Assembly: GCA_951406725.2 (NCBI GenBank)
Contig: OX597838.1
Coordinates: forward strand, 18,848,001-18,912,000
Length of the DNA stretch: 64,000 nt
Source: Octopus vulgaris
Lineage: Eukaryota
Direction: 5' to 3'
Part shown: in pieces, positions 44,911 through 57,149 of the stretch
Layout: every line of letters starts with the position of its first letter
Position numbering within the stretch: the stretch's first letter is position 1
The notes under the pieces: generated by a model
Told to the model about the DNA's origin: nothing
Database searches by the model: none
Seen by the model: the letters and a program-made list of their open reading frames with translations, nothing else
Translations under genes and position numbers: made by a program

Positions 44911-45009
44911 GCATATATATATATATATATAATACATATACACGCGCACCTTCGTTTTTGGGATCACTACTACTTTGTTATCTTCCCTACTTCTTAGCTC
45001 TCCTGTGTG

Positions 45010-45223
45010 ACCCTTCTGTCCGGCATTTGCCATGATAGATCGCTAGCCACCACACACATTTTTTTTTCTCTTCTTGTTTCTTTCTGTGTTCCTTTCTGTA
45101 GAAGAGCGGAGGCTCGAAACGTTAAAGACTTTTTCTATTCCCAAGCGTTATACTAATGCGTCTGTTTGTTTATTTCTCTACACCACCTGTCTTCGTCTTT
45201 TGTTTGTTTTTTGTGAATTTTCC

Positions 45224-45226
<3 letters not shown>
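45010..45226 (+). mobile_element. Family F element with hammerhead at 45092-45127
   Basis: cttt-CTGTAGA-a-gagc GGAG gctc-GAAAC-GTT-aaag, followed by (TA)n. Confidence 0.7.
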
Positions 45227-45275
<49 letters not shown>

Positions 45276-46323
45276 TCTTTTACTCTTTTACTCTTTTACT
45301 TGTTTCAGTCATTTGACTGCGGCCATGCTGGAGCACCGCCTTTAGTCGAGCAAATCGACCCCGGGACTTATTCTTTGTAAGCCCAGTACTTATTCTATCG
45401 GTCTCTTTTGCCGAACCGCTAACTTACGGGGACGTAAACACACCAGCATCGGTTGTCAAGCAATGCTAGGGGGATAAACACAGACACGCAAACACACACA
45501 CACACATATATATATACATATATACGACAGGCTTCTTTCAGTTTCCGTCTACCAAATCCACTCACAAGGCATTGGTCGGCCCGGGGCTATAGCAGAAGAC
45601 ACTTGCCCAAGACGCCACGCAGTGGGGCTGATCCCGGAACCATGTGGTTGGGTAGTCAGCTTCTTACGACACGGTCACACCTTTACCTATGCGGGGTACT
45701 GAGATTCTGCTGGATCAGGGCAAAACCTGGGGCTAAACAGCAATAACAACTGCAACATTTTAACTTGTATTGTAACCACTACTACAACCGTGACCACCAC
45801 TACCTCTCCCCGAACACCATAATCAGCACCACTGCCACTACCATCGCCTCAGCCATCCACCGCTACTATTACCACCACCACCACCACCACCACCATCACC
45901 ACCACTACCAGCGCCACTTACCACCGCCATCCCCACGACCACCACCGGTTCCACCTCCATCACCGCCTTCATCTCCACCACAACCACGATTTTCACCATT
46001 TCCGCTCCCGCCACAACAGCCGTCTCCACCAACATAACGACCACCACCTATAACAGCACTACTACCGCAACCACCACTGCAACCACCACCACCACCACCA
46101 CTATACCACTAGCACCACCACCACCACCACCACCTCGTCCTCCATCATACATCAATGCCTTTTCCGTCCACCTCCCACCGCAACCAGATAGTGTCACGCT
46201 GGTTCAAAGACCAACTTCTAATTTCCAAATCAATGATTTCTTTAAGAAGATAAATAAACCAGTTTTGAAATTTCTATACATTAGGAAGTTAAGTACTTCT
46301 ATATAACAACGACCAGCCGCCCC

Positions 46324-46377
<54 letters not shown>

Positions 46378-46380
<3 letters not shown>

Positions 46381-47661
46381 GGTGGGGGAGAGAAATTTAC
46401 AATATTTTGAGGCAGGGATTGAAAGGCGGTGTATGACCATTTAGTTTATTGAAAGTCATGAGAATTTATTTGCCACAAGAAAATTTACATAATAGAAAAT
46501 ATTTTTATTCTATGTGTCCTCCTTCTTTTTCAATAACTGCCTTCACACGCTTCCTGAAACTTGCACAGGTGTTCCTCAAATATTCGGGAGACAACTTCTC
46601 CCATTCTTCTTTAATAATATCTTTAACAGAATCGACATTGTTGTGTGATGTTCTATTGGTAGCGTGTTCTAAAACGTCCCAAATAACATGATCCAGAGGG
46701 TTTAGATCTGGGCTAGAAGGCGGCCATAAACATGATCCCAAAAAATTGCTAAAGTTGGATTTGCAGAAATCTTGTATTTTTCTAGCTGTGTGGGCTGGAG
46801 CACCATCTTGTGTCCATACATAATTACCATCTGGGTAGTTTGCTTTAAGCCATGGCAATACCTGGTGTCGCAGAGTCTTGTAGTAAATATTAACATTGAT
46901 CTTTTCATCAGTTTTGTAGAATTTTATAGGCATTTTCTTTCCATCGGAAGCCACAGCACCAAAAGCCATAACTTGAGCAGGATGTTTTGTTTCGAATGTC
47001 CCCTTAACCTCAGCTGTCGATTTTGCGATAAATCTGTCATTTCTGTGGTTCAGAACAGCATCAGCAGTGAAGATCTTTTCATCTGAAAAGATCGTTACAA
47101 TGGAGGACTTTTTCTTGAACCATGTAATAATTTTCTTGCACCTTTCCAATCTCTTTTCCTTCATAGCTGTTGTCAACAAGTGTTTTGGTGTTCTTGTGTA
47201 AGATTTTAACCTCAAATCATATTTTATTGCATTTCTAATGGTCTTGTTGTCTACCTCAAGTTCAATTGCCATTTTTCTCATGGATTTAGTTGGGTCCTTT
47301 AGGATTTTGGATTTGAGAGCTTTAATAGAAGCTTTGGTACGTTTGTGTCCTCCACTTCCAGACTTCCTTGTAATAGTTTTGCTCATAGTCATTCTATTCT
47401 TTACATTATAAATAGTCTTTATGGACACTCCAACTATTCTTGAAGTCTCCTTTGGTATGACGAGTGCATTCAGCAAATCACACACTCTTTGATGTTTGAT
47501 TTCCTGACTACTCATAGGGGCAAAAGTTTCTGAAAAGGTAAGGATAATAGAGTTAGGTATGCTTATGACATCAATATATGCTAGGTTTCAAAACAATTGA
47601 CCTCGTGACTGCTGAGAAAAAACAAATTAATGTTCATTGTAAATTTTGCTTCCCCACCCTG
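46378..47661 (-). mobile_element. Complete Tc1/mariner maT (DD37D) DNA transposon, 1284 bp
   Basis: TIRs CAGGGTGGGGGAGAGAAATTTACAAT and CAGGGTGGGGAAGCAAAATTTACAAT. TA target sites within (TA)n. Confidence 0.95.
46505..47515 (-). CDS. DD37D (maT) transposase, 336 aa, uninterrupted
   Basis: N-terminal HTH, then FSDEKIF, QDGAPAH and SPDLNPLD. I count 37 residues between the second and third catalytic Asp. Confidence 0.93.
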   Translation of the reverse strand: MSSQEIKHQRVCDLLNALVIPKETSRIVGVSIKTIYNVKNRMTMSKTITRKSGSGGHKRTKASIKALKSKILKDPTKSMRKMAIELEVDNKTIRNAIKYDLRLKSYTRTPKHLLTTAMKEKRLERCKKIITWFKKKSSIVTIFSDEKIFTADAVLNHRNDRFIAKSTAEVKGTFETKHPAQVMAFGAVASDGKKMPIKFYKTDEKINVNIYYKTLRHQVLPWLKANYPDGNYVWTQDGAPAHTARKIQDFCKSNFSNFLGSCLWPPSSPDLNPLDHVIWDVLEHATNRTSHNNVDSVKDIIKEEWEKLSPEYLRNTCASFRKRVKAVIEKEGGHIE

Positions 47662-47671
47662 TATATATATA

Positions 47672-47702
<31 letters not shown>

Positions 47703-47734
47703 GTACACACACACACATTATATATATGTATATA

Positions 47735-47825
<91 letters not shown>

Positions 47826-47828
<3 letters not shown>

Positions 47829-47972
47829 TTAATAATTAGGGTTCAGCAAAGATTTGCTTTACCACATACCGAGTTTTTTAAAGTAGAAGAAATAGCTAAG
47901 GTTTTTTGGCTGCTATTTCAAAACTTCGGTATGTGGTAAAGCAAATCTTTGCTGAACCCTAATTATTAAGTA
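47826..47972. repeat. ~42-bp inverted repeat with a degenerate hammerhead 3' half (PLE-type junction)
   Basis: ACTTAATAATTAGGG...ACATACCGA versus its complement. Internal gaaatagc/gctatttc-AAAAC-TTCG-GTA. Confidence 0.65.
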
Positions 47973-48076
47973 TTACTTAAGTTTATACCATGAAATGGTC
48001 CTTTTTTCGTGCCGAATTCTACTTGGTGAAATTATTGATTACTTCTTAATTAATTAATTTTACCCTTTGTTATTAT

Positions 48077-48172
<96 letters not shown>

Positions 48173-48654
48173 GGAGGGAGAGAGAAAGAGTATAAAAGAG
48201 ATGAATTATTCTGGCAGATATCGTATTATCTCACAAATTGGTATAGATGCCGGCTATCCACAACGGTCCAATTACAAAGCACTGAAGCTTAAAAGAGATA
48301 TTGGCACTGGTAATCTTCACTCGTTGTCTAGTTCCATGTTCCGATTCAAAACTGCAAATATTCCGTAGAGTATATATAATTGATAAGGAAGAAGAGAGTG
48401 GAGATTTATTCACTTCCAAAACATTTTTATTAAAATATTCTCTACAGCATATATATATAACACTGACCTACATATATTTCGATTACAGCGACTGCGCATT
48501 ACTCTGTATGCAACCACGCATCCTAGTCGCTGCATTTTCATCAAGGGTCCGTCACTGACGACGTTTTTTTTTTCAGAGGGAACTGGCTAAAACATGCGTC
48601 CTGCGTCGGTATTCAGTTGAAGGTGATAGCGGTACTTTTTTTTTAATTCAATGG

Positions 48655-48663
48655 AATTCTGGT

Positions 48664-48722
<59 letters not shown>

Positions 48723-48783
48723 CTGGTCTTATATATATATATATATATATAATTCTGGTCTTATATATATATATAATTCTGGT

Positions 48784-48822
<39 letters not shown>
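48655..48822. repeat. AATTCTGGTCT x4 separated by variable (TA)n
   Basis: Direct inspection. Confidence 0.85.
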
Positions 48823-48826
<4 letters not shown>

Positions 48827-49095
48827 GAAATATGTTACAAAAAGAAAATATAAAATACACGTGGAAATGTAAGGGTAAAATATGAAAAATCAATGAAAAT
48901 GCACATTGTAAATTAAAAAAAAAGGCTTTTTATGAAAGGTAACGACAAATATATACATTTAGATGGACTGAGGTAGTAATAAAAGTCATAAAAGTCATTA
49001 TTATGAGATGAATATAAAGTCAGAAAGCAAATCATACCATGGTTTCCGCAAAGCTATTCATTGCTTATATATATTTTCATCTACTCCGCGTTTCG

Positions 49096-49126
<31 letters not shown>

Positions 49127-49411
49127 ACCTTCGAAACGCGGAGTAGATGAAACAGGGACAACTAATGAAGAGGAATATTCTTTATGTTGCATATCTCGTT
49201 TCTCTGTTTGTTTGTTTTTTCGTCGTTTGAAAAAAGTTCGTTTCCATGTTTTTGTTTTTATGTTTCCTTTTCTCATTGTGTTCAACGTTATGATGTCTTG
49301 TACTCATATATGCATGTATATATACATATATACTTAGGTATGTACATATATGTATGTATACATCCACATATTTATATATTATTTGTATTATATAATATAT
49401 ATATACATATA

Positions 49412-49680
49412 CAGGGTGTTCGGGCTAAACTGAACATTTTGCATTAAATGAAAAAGAAACATAATCTCTCATAGAAAAACAAAAGTATTTTTCAAAAGAA
49501 TAAAATATATCAACTAGACCATGGCTGGGTGATAACAGTTTACTCAAAATAGCTGCCCTCAGCTTCCGCCAAGGCCTCATGGCGGCTCTTGAACCTGGCG
49601 CACGCCTTTCCTCACTGAGTCCCTGAGAAAATCTTCAAACACTTTCTTAATCTTGGCCACCAGCTATTCCTTGGTATTGC
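49412..49680 (-). pseudogene. maT transposon remnant (TIR plus transposase C-terminus)
   Basis: TA-CAGGGTG terminus. Minus frame KACARFKSRHEALAEAEGSYFE* parallels the intact C-terminus CASFRKRVKAVIEKEGGHIE. Confidence 0.65.
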
Positions 49681-50519
49681 AGGCAGAGTGATTGGTGTCT
49701 CTCAACCGTGCCCCACCCGTAGCAATCATTGGGATTACAATAGGTGGAAACAGACTCAGACACACATACACTCACACATATACACACACACACACACACA
49801 CATACATACATACACGAACGGCTGCACGCACGCATATACATACATACATATATACATACATATGTACATACATACATTCAACATACATACAGACATACGT
49901 ACATACATACATACATACAACATACATACATACTTACATACATACATACACACATACATACAACATACATACATACATACATACATACGTACATACATAC
50001 ACACATACATACATACGTACGTACGTACATACATACATACATACATGCATACATACATAAATACATACATACATACATACATACATACATACATACATAC
50101 ATACATACATACATACATACATACATACAGCTGTCCTACTGATGTGCACATCTCTTTGGAAAATCAAAGGGAACGAAGATAACTATGGACGACTGCTTCG
50201 AGACCTCCTGCTTCTTTATCCGGATTACCAATTTACATTTATACCAATACTGACCGGCGCATTTAGCTTTGAAAGTAAATGCCTTAACTGTCAGTTTGGA
50301 TAAGCTGGGATTTTTCAGAAAGAGAAATCAACCAGCTGTCTCACACGTTACAAATACAATCTATAAGTGGAACAGCAAAACCATGCAACACTTTTTCTCG
50401 GGTTTAAAATGTGACAGTTTTTCGTTATCTACATTCCAATGGTGGAGCTTTGTATCTTTGTTAGAAACCCGCTCCTTCTTCAAAGGAAAAATTTAAATGA
50501 TTAAAAGCAGAAGAGAACA

Positions 50520-51631
50520 TACCATAAATCCTCGAGTATAATCCGCACTTTTTTCCCAAAATTTAATGGTCATAAATCCTTAGTGCGTACTACATACTGT
50601 AAATCCTCGAGTATAATCCGCACTTTTTTCCCAAAATTTAATGGTCATAAATCCTTAGTGCGTACTACATACCATAAATCCTCGAGTATAATCCGCACTT
50701 TTTTCCCAAAATTTAATGGTCTTAAATCCTTAGTGCGTACTACATACCATAAATCCTCGAGTATAATCCGCACTTTTTTCCCAAAATTTAATGGTCATAA
50801 ATCCTTAGTGCGTACTACATACCATAAATCCTCGAGTATAATCCGCACTTTTTTCCCAAAATTTAATGGTCATAAATCCTTAGTGCGTACTACATACCAT
50901 AAATCCTCGAGTATAATCCGCACTTTTTTCCCAAAATTTAATGGTCATAAATCCTTAGTGCGTACTACATACCATAAATCCTCGAGTATAATCCGCACTT
51001 TTTCCCCAAAATTTAATGGTCATAAATCCTTAGTGCGTACTACATACCATAAATCCTCGAGTATAATCCGCACTTTTTCCCAAAAATTTAATGGTCATAA
51101 ATCCTTAGTGCGTACTACATACCATAAATCCTCGAGTATAATCCGCACTTTTTTCCCCAAAATTTAAAGGTCAAAATCCCTAGTGCGTACTATATACGAG
51201 GTTAAAATAAAAAAATATTTTCTAAGCAATGTCCGAGTCTCTATTTGCTGTCCGGCAATGTTTATTCAGACGCATTTTCTGATGTCGGGAGCGAAAATAC
51301 CTTAAGCTAAGTCTGAAAGCAATGAAGTCATAAAAGAATCATCCATAACTTGCAATAAGCAACATTTATTAAACGTTATTACTGTTATTTCTTTATTTTC
51401 TGCAAACAAAATGCACAAAAACGCTACACGTTTGCATTACGTTGTATATACAATAATAATAAAGGACGTTACCGTATAGAGTCTTACAAACCAAGGACGT
51501 TATATAGCCCTCCTTGACTCAAGTTAGAGAAGGGGTGCGTATTATACACACGGTTTAGGTTTTTCAGAGGTACAGCACCCTAAAAATCCCGTGCGTACTC
51601 AAGGGTGGACTATACTCGAGGATTTACGGTA
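50520..51631. mobile_element. TA-flanked MITE whose left terminus is amplified as 9 x 75-bp tandem repeats (50520-51194)
   Basis: Each unit starts TACCATAAATCCTCGAGTATA. The right end TATACTCGAGGATTTACGGTA (51611-51631) is its inverted copy. Confidence 0.85.
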
Positions 51632-51657
51632 CATGCATACATACATACATACATACA

Positions 51658-51687
<30 letters not shown>

Positions 51688-51688
<1 letters not shown>

Positions 51689-51830
51689 TGAGGAATCTAC
51701 AGCTACTCCATCCAAATTATAAGTTCAGGTTTATACCTGTAATTATTGGGGAACTTGAATATGTAACACACTGCCTAAATACTAATCTTGAGAAATTAGG
51801 CTTCTCAAAACCAGAAAGTAGGTCAGGGGC
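51688..51830 (+). pseudogene. R4-clade RLE endonuclease C-terminal fragment, opposite in orientation to the adjacent remnant
   Basis: [26 protein letters not shown]...NLEKLGF. Confidence 0.55.
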
Positions 51831-52249
51831 AATCTTTAACGAACACCCCTCGTAGGTATCAGGACAATCTTTTTTCTACGGATAGCATTGAAGATAGTTT
51901 TAGCGACATATCACGTCTCATGGAAAGGCAGCATCTTGCGAACATTTTTAGACAGCTGCTGATGATGGGGTTGGGGATGATATCTATCATATTGATATGA
52001 TGCAATCGATATTTTCTATCACAACTTCATGGCTTAAAGGAATCTTTTGACCCGCTTGTTGATCAGTATTTAAGGCAAAAGCATTGCTGAGGCTACGATT
52101 CTTATCAATATTGTTTGTTTTCTAGCTTGTGAGATGCATACTGTGCATAACTTTCTGGTGACATGATGAGAATTTCTCTTCCAAGATTCTCTTCTAGTCA
52201 GACCACCTACGCTTGATTCATACTGAACAGCTGTGTACAATCCGAATGT

Positions 52250-53017
52250 GACAGACGAAGACCACGAGTGTGTGTGTCCGTGTGTTATCGACGAGGCACG
52301 AAGCGGCGAGTTCTGGGGGAGAGTTCTCGGTATCGCGCACGAGTGCGGTCGGTCGGTCGGCGGGGAGTAAGTCTGAGTAGTATACGACGTTATCGACGAA
52401 GACCACGGGTGTGTGTGTCCGTGTGTTATCAACGAGGCACGAAGCGGCGAGTTCTGGGGGCGAGTTCTCGGTATCGCGCACGAGTGCGGGCGGCCGGTCG
52501 GTCGGCGGGGAGTAAGTCTGAGTAGTATACGACGTTATCGACGAAGACCACGAGTGTGTGTGTCGGTGTGTTATCGACGAGGCACGAAGCGGCGAGTTCT
52601 GGGAGGCGAGTTCTCGGTATCGCGCACGAGTGCGGGCGGCCGGTCGGCGGGGAGTAAGTCTGAGTAGTATACGACGTTATCGACGAAGACCACGAGTGTG
52701 TGTGTCCGTGTGTTATCGACGAGGCACGAAGCGGCGAGTTCTGGGGGCGAGTTCTCGGTATCGCGCACGAGTGCGGGCGGCCGGTCGGTCGGCGGGGAGT
52801 AAGTCTGAGTAGTATACAACGTTATCGACGAAGACCACAAGTGTGTGTGTCGGTGTGTTATCGACGAGGCACGAAGCGGCGAGTTCTGGGAGGCGAGTTC
52901 TGGGAGGCGAGTTCTCGGTATCGCGCACGAGTGCGGGCGGCCGGTCGGCGGGGAGTAAGTCTGAGTAGTATACGACGTTATCGACGAAGACCACGAGTGT
53001 GTGTGTGTCCGTGTGTT
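52250..53017. repeat. CpG-rich ~141-156 bp tandem repeat, about 5.2 copies
   Basis: GACGAAGACCAC recurs at ~52254, 52395, 52540, 52682, 52827 and 52983. Confidence 0.92.
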
Positions 53018-53399
53018 AAAATTTATGAGCAATAAGTTGGTAATACTTGTACAATACACAAGTAATAGGAATACTTCAAACGATTTCAAGATATCGTTTT
53101 TGCTGAGGATACACATGACGTACTCATTTCTTTCTCTCTTGTTTCATTTGTGTTGAATGCAGACAGCTCTGATTTCCGTACCTTCTGAAATCTACTGAAG
53201 ATATTTTTGTCATTCCAGCGTCACTCACAGCACCAACGTATGCAATATTTTCTTCAATTCAGGGGTATCCATAACATTAATCGCCGGCGCTAGGGAGCTA
53301 ACCAGAATAATGGTATCTATCCTCCTTCGTTTGACTACACTCATTCTGACCAAACTATATTCCTATTTCTCGTAAGAATGTTATGACCAGTTCGAACTA

Positions 53400-53966
53400 T
53401 TGGGATGTCCGGAAAGTATTTGCCGATTTTTAAGGGAAAGAAAAAGGTCAATAAATACTTGCCATTACATTTTTAATCAACCAAATATGAACCATTTTGT
53501 TGCACAATGCGTCTCCATCTTTCCTTTCACTTGAAAATACCCTCTTCCCAGAATTGAGGTGGTTTCATGGCAAAGAATTCATCAAGGTATCTTTTTACGT
53601 CATCCAAGGAATTGAAATTTTTACCATTAAGACTATTCTGCAGAGACCTGAATAAGTGGAAATCCGAAGGAGTAATATCTGGTGAATATGGAAGATGGGG
53701 GTAACACATCTCAGCCGAACTGCAGCAATTTTTGTCTGGTTCCCAAAGCATCAACTGCCGAAAATGAACTTTATTATCTTCCATTTTAAAGGGTTACAGA
53801 ATTAACACAGGTTATAGGAACGTAAACCTTCTTCCACGAAAAAATAGCTTAAACTGTGCTCTAAATGGAGGTGTAGTCAACTCCTATTTTATGGACTCAA
53901 CCATGTTCTAAAATAAGTCGAAAGGTAAGCTACTACAAATCGGCACGAACATTCCGGACAATCCAA
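53400..53966 (-). mobile_element. Internally deleted mariner (DD34D) element
   Basis: ~30-bp TIRs TTGG(G/A)..GTCCGGAA....TGCCGATTT with TA TSD. ORF fuses the N-terminus MEDNKVHFR to YSPDITPSDFHLFRSLQN. Confidence 0.88.
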
Positions 53967-55289
53967 TAGTTCTTAATGTCGTGAATATTACTTGAGTACG
54001 TCTTAAGCTTATCAACAAATCAAATACAGAGGACATCAGTGATTCTTTCTTCCGCTGATCCTGTCATCATATAGCTTTTGCATTTCCTTAACAGGACAGA
54101 CAAATGATAAATGACAGAATCGGCAGAGCGTCGAACAAACGTAATGTGACGTAATGAAATGTAAACTAAATTACCACGAAACATTTTGTTCGACGCGCTG
54201 CTGATGCAAATTATTAGAAAGGCTGTCACCTTGGAATATTCCTGTTGGTAACCTAATTCCGTTAATGGCTACAGTATGATTGAGCTTCAGTTCTTACGGA
54301 TAGCTCTTATGTGGCAAGTGGCAGTAACTATAGTATCCATGAACGGGGGAGAATCAAACAGTTCAATATTATCTAACCACACAGTGAGTAGACTCCAGCT
54401 GTGCCGCTTTGATTCTTTATAAAGAGCTCGCTTGATGAGAAGCTGCGCGGCACCGTCACACATCCCTTTCGTTCCACCTACATGTTGGTCAGTCACTGCG
54501 TTGTGTTTCGCAGTGGTCCTCTGGGAATACAAACCAGCAAACTGCGTACAGATTATAGATAACACTTAAGCATTTTATGGGTGCGTAGTTTTGTATATAT
54601 ATATATGTTTAAAGTGTGTATGTGTGTATATGTATTAATGTGTATGTTTAACGTGTATGTTTAACGTGTTTTAATGCGTGTTTAATGCGAATGTTTAATG
54701 TGTGTTAATGTGTTGTTTTCTTCACTACTCTATTATCACACCACCACCATCACCACAACACTACAACCACAACAACGCCAGCACTAGATACTACCACCGC
54801 TATCACCACTGTACATTGCACCTGTACACCACCATTAAGTACTTGTGCCAACACATCACTACCATCACCAACACAACCACCTCTACACTACTACCCATAC
54901 ACTATGTACATGATCGATAAAAATCGATAAGTTCCTCCGTGTAATGGAAGTTGAAGAATTTGGCTGTATAGGTTATTGATTGATTATTGACGACTGGTTG
55001 ATATTGTTACTACTGTTCGGATAGTGGTGATAGAGTGGTGACGTAGTGATTGTAATGTGTTGTGGCGGTAGTAGTACAGATGTTTTTACTGGTTGAAATG
55101 GATTGTGGTGATGTATTGTGTAGTATTGGTAATAGCACTGTAGTGGTTCCAGTGCAAGTGGTGATCCGTTGGCACAATTACGTCAGGTATTCTGATTACT
55201 GAGATCTGATATGGTTTGGGGGAGGCGGTGTAGCGGTGCAGTGTGATGAAGGAGCGCTGGTTTGTTTGTGATATACAGATAAGCACTAA

Positions 55290-55690
55290 GACGGCGAGCT
55301 GGCAGAAACGTTAGCACGCCGGGCGAAATGCTTAGCGGCATTTCGTCTGCCTTTACGTTCTGAGTTCAAATTCCGCCGAGGTCGACTTTGCCTTTCATCC
55401 ATTCGGTGCCGATTAAATAAGTACCAGTTACGCACTGGGGTCGATGTAATCGACTTAATACCTATGTCTGTCCTTGTTTGTCCTCTCTATGTTTAGCCCC
55501 TTGTGGGTAATAAAGAAATAGGTATTTCGTCTGCCTTTACGTTCTGAGTTCAAATTCCGCCGAGGTCGACTTTGCCTTTCATCCATTCGGGGTCAATAAA
55601 TTAAGTACCAGTTACGCACTGGGGTCGATGTAATTGACTTCTCCCACTCCAAAAATTTCGGGCCTTGAGCCTAGAGTAGAAAAGAATATA
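55290..55690 (+). mobile_element. Tandem family A SINEs
   Basis: Full head plus a headless second unit. Confidence 0.85.
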
Positions 55691-55960
55691 CGCATAAACA
55701 CTGGTGTGGCTGTGGGGTAGGAATTTTGGTTCCCAACCGTATAGTTCCGGGTTCAGTTTAACTGAGGAACAATGGGAAAATGTCTTCTACTATAGTCTCG
55801 GGCCAACCAAAGCCTTGTCTGTGGATTTAGTAGACGGAAACTAAAATAAGCCCGTCGTGTGTGTGTGTAACAATTGGTGCTTAGCGCCTCATCAGCTCAA
55901 ATCCAGCCCATTTGTGACCGTAGATGTTCCAGACGTAATTAGTCTGTCTTTTATTGTGAC

Positions 55961-56012
<52 letters not shown>

Positions 56013-56030
56013 GTGTGTGTGTGTGTGTGT

Positions 56031-56338
56031 GTGGAGGCGCAATGGCCCAGTGGTTAAGGCAGCGGACTCGCGGTCGTAGGGTCGTGGTTTCGTTTCCCAG
56101 ACCGGGCGATGTGAGTGTTTATTGAGCGAAAACACCTAAAGGTCCACGAGGCTCCGGTAGGGGGTGGTGGTGATCCCTGCTGTACTCTTTCGCCACAACT
56201 TTCTCTCACTCTTTCTTCTGTTGGCCTGCTCGCTTAGCCAGCGTGGTGGCGTCATTTGAAGGCTAAAACAATGCGAAGCGCATTGTGACCAGCGATGTGT
56301 AGCAACATCTGATAGCCTGGTCGGTCACGGTGATCACA

Positions 56339-56345
<7 letters not shown>
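56031..56345 (+). mobile_element. Family B SINE, tail type 1
   Basis: Homologous to 29222-29517. Confidence 0.85.
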
Positions 56346-56387
<42 letters not shown>

Positions 56388-56444
56388 TTTTACTCTTTTA
56401 TTTGTTTCAGTCATTTGACTGTGACCATGCTGGAGCACCGCCTT

Positions 56445-56570
56445 TACCAAGGATTATGGCAGTATTCTTCAACCTAAACAAGGAGACCGTCGAGAAGAGT
56501 TGCAGGGAATTCCGAAGTCGTCTGGAGGCCGTGGCTGAAGCCAATGGCGATTTATTGAATATATTCACTA
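56445..56570 (+). pseudogene. maT transposase C-terminal fragment
   Basis: RIMAVFFNLNKETVEKSCREFRSRLEAVAEANGD. Confidence 0.6.
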
Positions 56571-56630
56571 TTTAGTATTTCAAGATATTTTTACATTTGA
56601 TGGATATTTATCCTCATCTTGTTTGTTGTT

Positions 56631-56676
56631 AGCACAACGTTTCGGCTGATATACCCTCCAGCCTTCATCAGGTGTC
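56631..56676 (-). ncRNA. Canonical-core type I hammerhead ribozyme (inverted partner of 56876-56921)
   Basis: Minus strand gacac-CTGATGA-a-ggctg(10)cagcc-GAAAC-GTT-gtgct. Confidence 0.7.
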
Positions 56677-56714
56677 TTGGGGAAATTTGATGTTGTCATT
56701 CCTAAGGTATAATG

Positions 56715-56808
<94 letters not shown>

Positions 56809-56875
56809 CAACAACAACAACAATGACATCGAAAAATACCTTAGGAATGAGAACCCAGGTTCGAAATTTCCCCAA

Positions 56876-56921
56876 GACACCTGATGAAGGCTGGAGGGTA
56901 TAACAGCCGAAACGTTGTGTT
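56876..56921 (+). ncRNA. Canonical-core type I hammerhead ribozyme
   Basis: gacac-CTGATGA-a-ggctg(10)cagcc-GAAAC-GTT-gtgtt, with palindromic AACGTT stem III typical of dimeric PLE hammerheads. Confidence 0.75.
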
Positions 56922-57149
56922 AACAACAAACAAGATGAGGACAAATATCCGTCGAATGTAAATAATGTAAATAATGTACATAATTCCTCATCTCTTAAAC
57001 ATAGAACTGTACTGGGGTCGATGTAACTAACTTAGCCCCTTCCCCGAAACTGCTGGCCTTGTGCTAAAATTTGAAACCGACATAAAGTATCAAGTTAAAC
57101 CCAGAAAATTCACAACTTCAGTACAATATCATATACAAATTGGCATATA

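Larger units (their letters stand above)
51835..54570 (-). pseudogene. Decayed R4/Dong-like non-LTR retrotransposon with nested insertions
   Basis: QLLIKR...LLTVWLD...FDS (ORF 54287..54565), GIFQGDSLS, FVDKLKTYS, IISSC.KM...RRD..AKTIFNAIR. Confidence 0.65.

Noticed and set aside
48552-48605. Hammerhead at CTGACGA...AAAACATGCGTC
   Set aside because: GAAA and stems I and II are too degenerate to call.
50583-51167. 194-aa tandem-repeat protein
   Set aside because: Open only because the 75-bp MITE-terminus repeat lacks stops in that frame.
52285-52310. Hammerhead-like TCGACGA-GGCAC-GAAG in the CpG-rich repeat
   Set aside because: Several core mismatches and no stem I or stem III with a UH site.
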